Assembly (NCBI GenBank): GCA_023920165.1
Contig: CP089279.1
Location: 1,054,001 to 1,118,000, forward strand
Source: Curvularia clavata
Taxonomy: Eukaryota
DNA length: 64,000 bases
Reading direction: 5' to 3'
The notes beneath the pieces were generated by a model. It saw nothing but the letters and a program-made list of their open reading frames with translations. It ran no database searches and was not told where the DNA came from. How positions within the stretch are numbered: position 1 is the stretch's first letter; the number at the start of each line of letters is the position of its first letter. Of this stretch, positions 37,601 through 49,600 are shown piece by piece. A program made the position numbers and the translations under genes.

Positions 37601-39821
37601 CTACACGAACGAACACGCAGCGTGCCTAGGGTTCCCAATACTTAGGAGTGACCTGCGCAGCCACGCCGAGAAGCTGGGAGTACATCGCGATCCGAGCATA
37701 GCACCTTGTGTCCAGTATCTCATCAAGAACCCGCCCAAAACCAAATTAGATGCTGAGATGCAATTTGCTTACTTGGCTTCACGGGGTTCTGATCTGGATC
37801 AATACAAGGGGCTGGTTCAAAATTTGGGAGCTGCTAATATTGTGCCAATTTTCCGAAAGTACTACCTCGATCCTAGCTGTAGTGGATTTGAAGATCGATC
37901 AAAGAATCAGACAGGAAAGTCGGAGATGCGCATCCATCATTATGATCCACCTGAGCATGTCTTCGTCGGTCGCGATCAAGAGTATCGTGGGATCCTTGAC
38001 TATGTTCATTACGGTGCTGAAGCCACTGTCTTCTTGCTCAAAGTCGGTGCAAAGCATGAACCCACGACACATGATTTGGCGTATCTGCTGGCTAAGAACC
38101 CTTCACGTTTCCTTAACACCATTGGCCAAGACAAGTATCTCGATCTGCTCAGGAAGCTGGCCGAGCATGCTGGAAATCTTTGGAAAGATAAAGAGTTAGT
38201 CAAAGCACTTGTCGCATCCAGGTTACTCCTTGGATACCGTGACATCAAGGAAGATACAAAGAAGGCAGAGGCAGGCGACGAAGACATGGATGACCTGGAC
38301 GAGGATAGCGTTCATCGCGAATGGTCGCTCAACAAAGCCAACGAAATCGTCATCATCGACAATGTCAACTATATGACAAGGTTCCGTGACTTCATCATTG
38401 CGGCACCTCAGGAGGAGCTACTTGAGGAGTTTTACGCTCGCTTTGGTGTCCAGAAGGTCTCGGATCTAGTCAAGACCGACCAACGTATTGGGACAGTGGT
38501 GCGTGACCAGACGCCTGCTCAGGACCTCCGACGCGACATACTCGAACGTGTGCGGCTGTTCCTTCACGAGTATGAGCGTGATGCTTCATCAAAGGCAATC
38601 AGACATGATGCCAAATGGCTCAGTTCGAATTTGACGGTTCAATGTGTGTCTGACATCTCTATCCGGTACTCACTCGCAGAGCGAAATGTCGCTACCTCGT
38701 CAAGAAAGTCCGCTGTCATCATCAAAGTTCGCGGTGTCGGCTATGTGCTAAACATCACACCAAAATATGATCTGTACGAGGTGTCAAGCGAACTTGTCAG
38801 ACTTTTGGTATCACGACCAAAGCGAAATGATGCGATCGCCCTCGAGCGTATCTTGACTGAGCCGCTCCGTCGCCTGCAACAGAAGGGTATTAACGTAGAG
38901 CGTATTCTACGCAGGAAAGAGCACGAGGCTCGCATCGCCAAGCAGGCAGAGCAAGAAAGAGAAGAGGAAGAGCAACAGCGGTTGGCTGAGCAGGCCAAGT
39001 CAGGCGTGGTCAGGTCGGAAGATCGAGAAAATGTGCCGCCCGCGACACCAGAGAAGAGCAATCGCATACCTGGTGCGTTTGACAGTCCAGAAACTGGCAT
39101 GGAAGTCGCAAATCATGGACGTCAACCCGACGACGGAGGTCTCATCAACAACTGGGCAAAGAAGCTCGGCTTTAAGACTGCACCTACTCCGCCAAATGGA
39201 GGTACGGATGGGCCTCAGATTAGCCGTGATATCCAAGCCACCAAGTCGAACATCCAGAATGCGATCAAGGAGTGCCGCCCAACTGGTATGACAAACATCA
39301 ACACGAAGCACCACCAAGACTCTACCGAGCTCGACCGCGGCGGCTACTGTACCGGCGAGCAATGGGAAAACCTGCACAAAGCATTCTCCGTCCCCTTCTC
39401 CGGCCGCCACGTAGACATATACTACGGCCGTGATGAGAGCGCCCCTCTCACTGAACTGCAACCACACCTCCAAGCTTTCCTCCCCCTCATCTTCGGTCTC
39501 ACATCCATATTCACTGTGAACCCTGCCGCTGTCAACATTTTCCTTGACAAGAAGTCCAACACTGTCGCTTTCAACATGAACGGCAGTCTGTTCTTCAACC
39601 TTGCCTGGTTTATCGCGCTGCATAGTGAGGGGTGCCAGACAAAAGAGGGCAAACTGAGGGCTCTGGATAGTTGGTTCTGTACCTATTGTCACGAGTTGGC
39701 GCATAATCTTGTTGCCGATCACAATGCAAGGCATAGTTGGTACCAGCAGCAGATCATTATCGAGTATAGTCAGCAGTACCGCGCTGCATTGGAGAATTTT
39801 ACACAGGGCTTGTTGATTTAA
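34674..39821 (+). CDS. Sacsin-like GHKL (HATPase_c) ATPase, DUF3684-type central region and C-terminal zincin HExxH motif; 1715 aa, intronless
   Basis: Bergerat motifs RELIQNAADA, NNGQPF, IGAFGVGFYSVF; GRIFIGFPTAQTTG..HISAPSLIPTVERE (S5-like second domain); charged coiled coil near aa 1410-1440; YCHELAHNLVADH near the C-terminus. Confidence 0.8.
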   Translation: MAAIDFARLRNQTMADGFDSEVTVNTRALIDKVLARYSSEHTTLRELIQNAADAKADQVIIKFETDPSLTVPTPQGAADHNLLKHIIQHHTLKRLVVSNNGQPFTVADWSRLKSIADGNPDETKIGAFGVGFYSVFADCDEPFVISGDRTMAFYWKGNMLSTKAAPVPPEHTARDTIFMLEYRQANPASPSYNPSKLPNLPTLCQFLATSLTFVGLESIELHIDDYVVASFTKKISSPEIVRVPQGLKTETEGGLMKVTDVTRQHSQLDAAWMNVIATAQLPPKKAADLVQQEVRNAGSTLRSFFSKFSAPPPAPVKTPKPAPEKQNPSEEIAGDSKGTIFLQVCTVVAATKVSRNFAAEIERATKKSPPKTTKIALLTSPYQDPSATLATGSGSSASLASKIFSEVLPTKSGRIFIGFPTAQTTGYLAHISAPSLIPTVERENVDMNARYISTWNIELLRVAGLACRITYAAEMSALQAQFGKEPLETLITKTAYVFKQYTAKSSHPSTALGDRIDEAFWNCSKERSIDILSTKGFLPSRQVRMPAETLSFLGEVPMVPQELANAAVDFMLNLHNRGFITELTMQDIRQGLESRALNEEELCEFLKWCGSKLENGEIDIPGSRSLFENTVANIDVVPEKNSGRILALGDISTFVNPARIGPHLPLPPDTIPFSFTRGMTMKQLQMFGWIELSMVRWLRHMTTRPQLDQFTSDENLALSVLTLTSKCWEQLDGNSRESVIKILTPHNIMPTKMGMRRPAESYFPTVKLFDDLPTVKPFAGSKEKFLLSLGVRKTIDLPMVFDRMRSRDGEQAEKSERPSWNHVDLIRYFASVINEIPKKDLERLRETAFLPGEGATVKPGQLFKASDLYAPDPAIVVLGLTQIKLPFEFKPSTREGMLLVNLGLRAWPDSITIANILHRAGQAKDLQLYTRAMDYFLASYYKNNYTAEANKFAAVTLPILPTEQAPFPALVSPFQCYTNEHAACLGFPILRSDLRSHAEKLGVHRDPSIAPCVQYLIKNPPKTKLDAEMQFAYLASRGSDLDQYKGLVQNLGAANIVPIFRKYYLDPSCSGFEDRSKNQTGKSEMRIHHYDPPEHVFVGRDQEYRGILDYVHYGAEATVFLLKVGAKHEPTTHDLAYLLAKNPSRFLNTIGQDKYLDLLRKLAEHAGNLWKDKELVKALVASRLLLGYRDIKEDTKKAEAGDEDMDDLDEDSVHREWSLNKANEIVIIDNVNYMTRFRDFIIAAPQEELLEEFYARFGVQKVSDLVKTDQRIGTVVRDQTPAQDLRRDILERVRLFLHEYERDASSKAIRHDAKWLSSNLTVQCVSDISIRYSLAERNVATSSRKSAVIIKVRGVGYVLNITPKYDLYEVSSELVRLLVSRPKRNDAIALERILTEPLRRLQQKGINVERILRRKEHEARIAKQAEQEREEEEQQRLAEQAKSGVVRSEDRENVPPATPEKSNRIPGAFDSPETGMEVANHGRQPDDGGLINNWAKKLGFKTAPTPPNGGTDGPQISRDIQATKSNIQNAIKECRPTGMTNINTKHHQDSTELDRGGYCTGEQWENLHKAFSVPFSGRHVDIYYGRDESAPLTELQPHLQAFLPLIFGLTSIFTVNPAAVNIFLDKKSNTVAFNMNGSLFFNLAWFIALHSEGCQTKEGKLRALDSWFCTYCHELAHNLVADHNARHSWYQQQIIIEYSQQYRAALENFTQGLLI

Positions 39822-40230
39822 GTGCATGAGTTTGTGTATATGAGAGTTGTAATGTGGAAGAGTGAACAAGAGGATGGACACCGGCGTTTTAGATTGCTGT
39901 TGTTTTTGATAGAAACGTAGAGTAACGAATTATGCCATTTGATATTGATCTGATTTGCATCGCTCGAATAACTTTTCAACGCCCGAGAAGAAGCCAGAAC
40001 GCGAATGATAGCAAGGCGGACGACGATGCAATTCGTGAGGGTATTGGAACAGATGACAAGGCAAAAAATGCATCATGATTTCCAGACATTAACTAAGCCA
40101 AAATGCTACGCTGACTGCTGAAACAGACGAGAAAAGAAAAAGGGTATAATACTTTTCGATGGATCAAATCTCCAATATGCCAGGATGAAGAAACAAAGGG
40201 AAAACAACTGGCCGTAAGGTCATTACCCAT

Positions 40231-41756
40231 TCATGCCTTCTCCACCTCCTTCGCCTCGCGCTTCATGCGCCATTTTGGTCCCATTCTGATCTCCAGCAGC
40301 ATAAGCGGCAACAAGGTGCAGCACACAGCGCCCCAGAAGGTATATGTCCAGCCGTCGCCCCAGGCCGTCGTCATGCGGTCGATGACGGAGACGAGGATGG
40401 CAGCCAGCGAGCACCTGACTAGGTTCGTGCAAGCGGTTGCGCCAGAGCTACGGGACTGCAGGATATCGATGTTGAGTGTCATGGTGGTGTTGAGGATGCC
40501 AATGGAGGTCCAACCGAGCAGGACACCGAGGATCAGTGGAACGGCAATGTGTGCTGTTGCTTGGATAGTCCAGCCCCATGCTATGACACAGACGATGAAG
40601 AGGGAGAGATAGAAGGGCATGATGCGCAGACGGGCGTGCTCAATAGTGAAGTTGTCGCCGCAACGGGCCTTGATGCGGGCGTATTCCCAGTCAAGCATTT
40701 TGCCAGTGAGTGTGGAGCCGATGATCATGCCGGCGCCGACGGGGAGGTAGCAGAGACCAAGGACGGTTTCAGAGAGATGAGGATAGATTTTCGCGAAGGA
40801 GGAGGAGATGGTGGCCGTGATGGTGTAGTTGACGGCATAGACGAGACCAGTAAAGGTGAGCAGGACGATGACGTCCGGGTAGGTGAAGAGGACGAATGGG
40901 TTCACTGAGTGCTTGGGCTTTGTGCGCGTCTCGGGATCGAAGGCTTCTTTTGTGGCTTTTTGGCCGACAATGGGGATGATGGCGCGTTGGATACGGGGAA
41001 CAGGAATGCTGCCGTTGCCAGCAATGGAACGCAGGGTTTCTGGGAGAAACAGGGCGATGCACAGGAGGCAGACGGCGACCATGATAACGATGGACCAGAA
41101 GATAGAGCGCCAGCCCAGTCCTTGGGATAGGGCACCTCCGATGGCAGGGGCGATACAAGGAGCCAGCATAGGACCAAGGTTAAACATGCCAAAGTATCCT
41201 CCTCTTTCTTTGCTCGTCGAGATGTCTCCAATGACACCCGCGCCCAGGGCAATGGTACTTGCACTGCCACCTGATTGGAAGCATCGCAGGAAGAGTAGCA
41301 GCCAGAACTGATCCGTAGGGCACAGCGCTAGCCCAATGCTCGAAGCGACGAGAATGCCCAGGCAGACTAGGTAAACAAGGCGTCGGCCGAAGCGGTCGCT
41401 AATGGGACCCCAGAGCATGGGGCTGATACCTTGGAAGACTAGGTACACCGTAACGGTTTGGTTAAGGTCGTCGACTGTTTTACCAAAGGCGCGGGCCAAG
41501 GTGGGAATAGCAGGGAAGTAGATGTTTGCAGGCAGAGGGCTGACGACGACGTTAATCACAGTGCTCACAATGGTCTCAGATGAACAATAAATACATACCT
41601 GTAGAATCCTGCCAGCGCAACCATAGCAACAATCATCCATTTCTCTTTACTGGTGTAGATGCTGTATGGTACTTCGACCTCGCCTTCGACAGGCACAATT
41701 GCACCTTCGTCAACGGGAAGAGGTTCCTCCTTGTCGCCATTGGTTGCTTTAGCCAT
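40231..41756 (-). CDS. MFS drug:H+ antiporter DHA1 family (QDR-like); one intron
   Basis: PYSIYTSKEKW, SPLPANIYFPAIP, SDRFGRR, LRCFQSGG, IGDI...ERG, GWRSIFW, LPETL, IEHARL, NLVRC. Confidence 0.92.
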
Positions 41757-42684
41757 GACTTGACGTCAAAACAAGCTCAAGGCTTAAAAGAGAAACGAAT
41801 AAACGCAAAGGTGGGTAGAGGGAGTTGGGGAAAGGGACGAAACAGAGCCTCATGCTAGGCATGACGCCCACAAGCGCTCTTAACAAGTTGCCTCCCATAA
41901 TCAAGCTCTAATCGTCCGCATCTCTCCCGAAAACAGGACCCGCAATCACAAGCTCAGCTTCGGCGTATCAATCACCGCATGCCATCTGGTTGGGCGATGC
42001 TTCTCCGTGCCCCGACCAGTGAAGAGATATGGGGGAGAGGACCGCGACAGATCGGCGAGAAATCGGCAAGCGCGCTTGTTGCCCGTCAGGCCATTGTACA
42101 GAGGGTAGAATCCGCCACGCTATACGTGCCTCGACCGTACGCTCACATTCGTCATATTTCCAGATCAGCTGGTTGCATCTATGCTAGACTGGGTTAAGAC
42201 ACAGTTGCTAGACGAGTTTGTCGGCCTAGTACAGCAGGAGGGGGCTAGATTGTGCTTTTGGCCCGGTCCCCGGCTCCTTGCCGGCTTGCCCTGGTCCTGC
42301 CCCGACGGGTACGCAAGGGTTAACTCGGTAGCGTATCCTCCTTCGCCAAAGCGAATATCGGGGAGAATTTGCGACAGGCGGCAACGCCACTCCGATGGAA
42401 AATGGGAGTCATGTTGACGACGGTTGCGGTGGAGCGGCTGACTCAAAACTACTTATGCCATAGGCTTAGAACCTCGGAAACACCGCTGGGGCTAGATTTT
42501 TTTCTTCACCTTTTGTTTGGACGCCTTGCAGTGGGGGTCACTCGCTACCCTTCGATACGACCGTTGTTTTTACCGCTGTCTCGGGATTACGAACGACTGA
42601 CAAAGTCACGGATACCGTTATCCTACCCGGGTAGAAGCGGCGAAATTTCGAATTGGAGGACGTTGGGAGCAAAAGAAAAAAGAG

Positions 42685-44297
42685 ATGGAACACACGCCTG
42701 ATGCGGGAAGAAGTAACCATGGTGGGGTGGGCAGGGTCCCATCTGAAGACGACATCAAACGACCGAATCTCGTCAAGGTTGGAGGGTTTGATAGTGATGT
42801 CACGGAAGGCAAGCAAGAAAGACTGAAGGGATGGCGGGGTGTGCTGGACTTTTTGGAAAAGAAAGGAGACGTTGAGGTTAGAGGGTGCACTCCGGTCCCT
42901 TATGAAGACCGGACGGAGGTAGAGTACTCGAAGATCTTCACGCTTTGGTTTTGCATGAGTTGCAATCCGTTGCCGTAAGTGATTGGGTAGACGCGAGTGC
43001 GAAATTTAGTAACTGACTATGACATAGAGTCACGTTTGGCATGGTGGGGACCATGTCCTTTGCACTCAGCTTGCGAGACGCAACGCTGGTTATCCTCTTC
43101 TTCACGCTCATCTCCACAGTGCCAGTAGCGTATATGTGCACGTGGGGCCCCATGACCGGTATGCGACAGCTTGTCCAAGCGCGTTTCTCGTTTGGGAAGT
43201 ACTTCGTATCTCTTCTGATATTGCTCAACCTCGCGACGCTGACTGGCTTCTGCGTGGTCGACAGTGTCATTGGCGGTATGGCACTTTCGGCCGTACAAGA
43301 TGGGACCACCATCAATGCAACTGTAGGCATTGTGGTGATTGCTCTATTGTCGCTGGTTATCTCCTTCTGTGGTTTTGGCGTGCTGCACCACTACGAGCGA
43401 TGGGCATGGATACCAGCATTGCTGGCTCTGATCATCGCTGCGGGCTGCGGAGGAGAGCAACTCAGTCGTCAGGTTGTTGTCCCTGCTGCGAGTGCATCGC
43501 AAGTCCTCTCGTTTGGCGGTCTGGTGGCCAGCTTCATGCTGCCGTGGGCCGCACTGGCCAGCGACTTCTCCACATACATGCATCCAAAGGCTCCCCGGCT
43601 CCGCGTTGCACTGTACACATATATTGGCCTTGCACTTCCCACTGTTCTCTTAATGACCTTGGGTGCAGCCATGGGCGGCGCAACGCCCAACGTGCCATCA
43701 TGGCAGGCTGGGTACGACGTTAATGCAGCAAGCGGTGTTCTGGCAGCCATGTTGCACCCAGCAGGAGGCTTTGGACGGTTTGTCACCGTTGTGCTGGCAT
43801 TCAGCATGCTGGGCAACTTGTCAGCGACAACATACAGTGTCACACTGAACCTGCAGATGCTTGTCCCCTGGCTGTTCCGTGTGCCGCGCATCATCTTCAG
43901 CATCCTCATCACAGGCATCGTCATTGGTGTTGCTGTGGAGGCTTCAAAGAGCTTCTTCCTCAATCTCGAAAACTTCATTGGCGTGATTGGGTACTGGAGC
44001 TCTGCATTCATTGGCATTGTCCTGGTTGAGCACGTGTTCTTCCGCGGCGGCAGCTTCGCAGCCTATACCGAGGATGCAGATGCATGGGATGACGCAAAGA
44101 AACTCCCGCCGGGCCTGGCGGCGTTGGGCGCGTTCCTGTTGTCGTTTGGGCTCATCATACCTTGTATGGGCCAGATCTGGTGGACAGGACCCATTGCGGA
44201 AACTACGGGTGACATCGGGCTTGAAGTAGCCGTGGTGCTGGCAGCGCTTTTGTACGTTCCCTTGAGGACGTGGGAGAGAAGGGTATATGGGAGATGA
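42685..44297 (+). CDS. NCS1 purine-cytosine/pyridoxine permease (FCY2/TPN1-like); one intron
   Basis: VEVRGCTPVP, FTLWF, GPMTGMRQLVQARFSFG, HHYERWAW, ASDFSTY, LENFIGVIGYW, MGQIWWTGPIA. Confidence 0.92.
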
Positions 44298-44742
44298 GCT
44301 GGGCTGTATTCCGGTAAATTCCCGTAGCGGCTCTAACAATGCAACTGCGCACGTTGAAGATGAGACTCTTGACGACTGCTTGAAGCATAGTGCATGATGA
44401 TGTGTGTGGTTGGAGCATGGCGGCTGGCGGAGAATTACCCAAAGCGACTAGGCCGGGGTCTTGTTGCCTCGGTTGTACTACTTACCCCGGGAAACTGGCT
44501 GAGTGACGTTCACAAGCCAGCCCTGGAGCCGCAATTCAAATGCGGAGACGCTGACCATGACCCGCAGCCATCCAAGATTCTTTTTTTCTTCTTAGCCAAA
44601 CTCTCTCTCCTTGACATCACCACCACTCCTTGCTCGACAACGACCGCCTCCTCGGCTGCGCCTTGCACACTCCTCGACGAACCCCGCCTGCGCTTTCCCT
44701 CCTTGCCAAACCATCGCGCGCCTCTCACGACTCCACCCGACC

Positions 44743-45903
44743 ATGTCTCAAGCACAGGAAAAGGCACAGGAGAAGCTGGCTGAATCCACCTCGGCAGTGC
44801 CCCAGAGCACGGCTGCCCAACAGAGCGACAATGTTGCCCATGCACTTGCGGGCGCTGGTGGGGGACTGCTGTCCATGGCCCTGACGTATGTCTGCTCCCC
44901 ACTGCCACTGTGCGCTGCGCGCCACTAACAAAACACCATCACAGCTATCCCCTCATCACCCTGTCCACTCGCGCCCAGGTCGAGTCGAAGCGCGCTCAGT
45001 TGTCGACGCTCAATGCCGCTCGCCGCATCATCAAGCGCGAGGGCGTCGCCGGCCTTTACGCCGGCATGGACTCTGCCCTGTTCGGCATCACCGTCACAAA
45101 CTTTGTCTACTACTACTGTACTTGGTCTCTCAATTCCCTATAACAGCGCGAACCGCATATTGACCTCGTCCAGGGTATGAGTGGACGCGCTCCTTCTTCG
45201 AAAAGGCTGCCCTCAAAGCCGGTCGCGCTTCTTCCAAACTCACTACCATCGAGTCCATGATTGCGGGCGCCATCGCCGGCAGCGCCACGGTTCTCATGAC
45301 AAACCCCATTTGGGTCGTCAACACGCGCATGACGACGCGCAAGTCCGAGGCCTCGGAAGAATCGCTGCCAGGTGCCCCCGCTCAAAAAGCGCCCTCTACG
45401 CTCGGCACGCTTTTCGCCCTGATCCGCGATGAGGGCCCTGCTCGCCTGTTTGCAGGCGTCATGCCCGCTCTCGTACTCGTCATCAACCCTATCCTGCAGT
45501 ACACCGTGTTTGAGCAGTTGAAGCAGCTGCTAGAGAAGAAGAGGCGCGTTACTCCCAAGGATGCTTTTTACCTTGGTGCTCTGGGCAAGCTGCTGGCAAC
45601 CAGCATTACCTACCCATACATTACCGTCAAGAGCAGGATGCACGTCGCGGGCAGGGATGGTCCCAGGGAGGACATGATGACCACATTCAGGAGGATTATC
45701 CGCGAGGAGGGATACACTGGTCTCTATGGAGGTACGTTGGACGTGGTTGATAAAGCAAAAGGAGAAATTCTAACCCGTGTATAGGTATCGGACCCAAGGT
45801 CACTCAGAGCGTCATCACTGCGGCCTTCCTCTTCGCTTTCAAGGACGCTCTCTACGCATACACGGTGCAGGCACGCAAGAAGCTCGCCATGCGCAGGCCA
45901 TAA
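44743..45903 (+). CDS. PMP47: Peroxisomal adenine nucleotide/cofactor carrier (mitochondrial carrier family, PMP47/SLC25A17-like); three introns
   Basis: HALAGAGGGLLSMALTYPLITLSTRAQ, TNFVYYYWYEW, TNPIWVVNTR, LVINPILQYTVFEQLK, TYPYITVKSR, GIGPKVTQSV. Confidence 0.9.
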
Positions 45904-46631
45904 ATGGCTGAGAAAGTGGACTTGCAAACATTTGTATAAGTGATGCAAGCTCGATATAAGAAACCAGAATCCATAGAGTCCTGGTTACGAAAACAAATAC
46001 CATACCTCAAGAGCTTACACAAGCCATGGCTGTTGTAACTTTAGTACTAAATCGCTTTTCCCAAGCGCAATCCATACAATTACATATACCCTAGAATAAG
46101 ACAATTGAATATACTATATAAACATCATTTTAAATGAGAGACGAGTGAACATCGCTTCACACGTGCATGTGTGATTCTCGTATCAGCAATATCAGGTTGA
46201 GGCTGTGCGTCGTGATTTCGAAACTGGTGTTTCCCATCCAGGTGAGAAGAATGAGTTTGTATTTCACAAAGACATACACGAATCATCAACAAGCCAAGGA
46301 GAAGGAGTTGAGTCAAGTGTAAAAAGAAATCACTTTTTTATAGGAGCCTGAGATAGATAGACTTTGATTAGCATAGTATCTGGAAAGAGTCACCGCTGAA
46401 ATCATAACAAGAAGCGCCTTTTCACTCGAAGAGCGGTTGTACTAAGGCGTCAGGCTTGTATCCCATTTTCCGCTCTGATGCTGGACTGGATGGATGTGAT
46501 ATAGGAAGGTCAACACAGAGGAAGGGAGGTGGGAGGTTCGTGAGGGTGAGTTTAAAAAAAACAGGGTATATGACTAGGAAATGCAACCTATCGTTTGGTA
46601 TTATGTACAGTGGTAATTTGAAAACAACAGG

Positions 46632-49600
46632 CTATATCCAGAAGGTATGTTTGGTGGGTGCAATGTCATCATCGTCCTCGTTGGAATAAACAGAGAACGG
46701 CCTTTTCCTCTTTCCATCTGAAGGATTCATGAGCTTGTGCATACGTTTCAGTGATTCCGATTCGTCTTCTTCGCCCTCTTTGTCTCCAGATTCCAGATCT
46801 TCGGATAATTTGACATCTCCATGTCGCCGTTCAATGGCATACTGCAACGCACTTCGGCCGTGTTTGTCTTTATCAGTCACTCGGAGGCCAACGACGTCCA
46901 CCAAATATTCCAAGTTTCTTGCATCCAGTGGTCCTCGAATAGCCATTATGTGCAATGCTGTCTTTCCCTCACAATCTTTCTTCGTTAGGTCGACATGATC
47001 GTGGAGAAGGCGTATCATATCGAGTTTGCATGCCCTTGATCCCGCACATAAGTGACCAAGGTTCCGCCCATTGCTGTTGCTGTACAATGCAGTCCCTGTG
47101 ACTGCAAGAAGAAGCCTAGCTATCTCGATATCATAAGCTTGATGTCTGTAGCCAACAAGAATTGCTAGCGGTGTGTTCTCAAAACTGTCAACCGCTAAGC
47201 TGTCGGCTCCCTGGCTGAGCAGCCAGTGCACTGTCTCAATAGGTATTTCTCTGCTTCTGGCAAAGAGGTGATGAAGTACATTCTTCCCGTTTCTGTCTTT
47301 TGAAGCCACAAGTCCTGCCTTTTCCGCCTCTTCTGTTTCAAGAATGACAACCATTGTCTCATAGTTTCCCGTTCGAGCTGCATAATGAAGTGCATTGAGA
47401 CCCCGGTCGTCTTTCTGTCCCACTTTTGCACCGAGATCGATCAAAGCCTTCACTGATTCGTGATCGCCAGCTCTACTTGCAAAATGTAATGGCGTCTGTT
47501 GACTCAGGTTGCAACAAGTTGGATCCGCTCCGTGTAATACCAATTTTCGCAACCAATTGGCACTATCTGGCCTCCCGTACGTGATGTAGTGTAGTGGATT
47601 CTGTCCTAAGTAGTCCCTCATATTCGAAGAGGTCCTTGGGTGTCCCAGCAATACATTTCGTACATCTAGGAACCTATAAGAGCCCTTTCCTTTTATTAAA
47701 TTTTTTTCGTTGTCCCATGTTAACTTTGAGAGATAATTAGAAAATTTTCTCGCAAGAAGGGCCATGTTCCAAATGTCTCGGTATCTTATACCAGGAAGGT
47801 TACTACAGAAGGCCAGGTGTAGTGGGGTTTCATGGTAGTCAGAAAGAGCGTTGGGATCAGCGTTATACCCGAGAAGCAGCTTGGTCATCTCGACCTTACC
47901 TGCCAGAGCAGCCAAGTGTAAAGGGGTTAGACCTGTTTCGATGCCTTCAGAGGTCAATTGTATTGGTTGATGAAGCTCGGTTCCTACCCTGGGTGGAATT
48001 CGGTGTCCAGTTCGATGAACTCGCACGTCAACGGGCACGTGTGCGTCAATCAGTTGTATCGCTACGACACTATAGTTGCGCTCGACACAATAGTGTAGAG
48101 GTGTCATATTTTTGGCATCAATTGTGCTTGTCGGTGCACCAAACTCGAGTAACATACTAACCAATGAAGGTGTGCAGTTTGCCTTATCAACAGCATAATG
48201 TAAGGCACCTCCTGATTGTTTGTCAGGACCAACATTTGCGCCTGCCTCGAGCAGTATTCTGACGGTGCCTTCATGCCCATTCGTAATAGCCGCACGGAGG
48301 GCACTGTCTTGGGTTCCTCCAGACCCATTGACGTCAGCGCCCTTGGCAAGGAGCATGCTTACCAAATTCTCTAGACCGAGAAGTGATGCATAATAAAGCG
48401 GACTGGGGATATCCAAAATGCTGAGACCCCTATTCATCACGACTGGAGAGTCTGGGTCATATATCCGAACCCAGTTAAAGTACGCGGGGTTGTCTGTTGA
48501 GAACAATCGGAGCGCACATTGATCCACTTCTGCTGTTCGAGCTCCTACTTTTCGAGCATGTTGGTACCAAAACTCTGCCGAGTATCTTGCCAACTCGGAA
48601 TCGCGCAATCTTGCCTTCAGCATGGCTCCGGTTTCTTGAAACTGATTAAGGTAACCGAGACATGCCATAGTCAGAGCGTTGTGGCACGCTGCAGCTTGCA
48701 AGCCGTAACGCGCTGCCGGACCTCGCTGTATTCTGTCTGACACGAGGAATTCTTTGACAGAGTAATGTGCGAGAGCAATTTGCGTGCTGTTTTTCAAATA
48801 TTCGTGGGATTGCGTGATAGTAACCAGACTAGAGCATATTTTCAGTGCGTCTAAGGGGTCCTCCAGTATTTCCTCTGGATCAAATTCTGGGTCACGTGAT
48901 GTATCAATCGCAACTACTTCTGCAATCTGACGAAGCGATAGAGGGCGTTCTGAGAAAGCCAACCACTGCAAGATGCGGATGGCATACTCCGCGTATTCGT
49001 CGTCGATGTTGTTCAAGATTCGTTCATAAGTTTCATCCAGAGTCGACGGGAGTGTTTTGAGCGCTTTCCGTAGCAACGATCGATTAAGACACTTTGCTAA
49101 CGCGTCCAACTGGCAAGCAGCCCATCGGAACCTAGAAATTTATCAGTCTTTGAAAAAAAGCGCATCGCATATCACACACATTCCCTTGGAACCCCTTGTA
49201 AGGGTATCCTCGATCTCTTGTCGAAGAGTGGCATCGTTTCTCCACTTCACCAGGCTCTTGTCGTCAGAAAGCCGTTGACGGATGTACAACTGTATGTCCT
49301 CATCGACCGCATCTCTTTGGAGACATATGTTGTCCTGTGGGTTCACAAACCCTTCTAGACAGCTCTTGATTTCTTGTTCCTGACGGCTTGTCATGAGGAG
49401 ATGTAGATTTGAAATCTTCCAGCTGGCTATTTCTTCAAGCACTTCCATCAGCTCGGGGCGTTGGGTGCACTCATCCAAAGCGTCCAGAATAATGAAGACT
49501 TCGGGGTACTGCTGGAGCATATCGCATAACGCCTTCAAAAGCTCGTCCAGAGCTGGTGATCGCCTTCCATTGCCATGCGAGGAGAAAAGAGCATCTAGAC

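Noticed and set aside
41757..43030. TPP riboswitch or UaY site upstream of or within the NCS1 permease
   Set aside because: No TPP aptamer core (CTGAGA..ATACC..TGAT..TAAT) was found, and TCGG-N5-CCG near 42473 does not fit TCGG-N6-CCGA.
46830..48420. High-internal-conservation repeat array or amyloid signalling motif in the NLR
   Set aside because: The ankyrin repeats are clearly divergent from one another, and no HET-s/PP/sigma-like motif or adjacent HeLo/gasdermin effector gene was seen.
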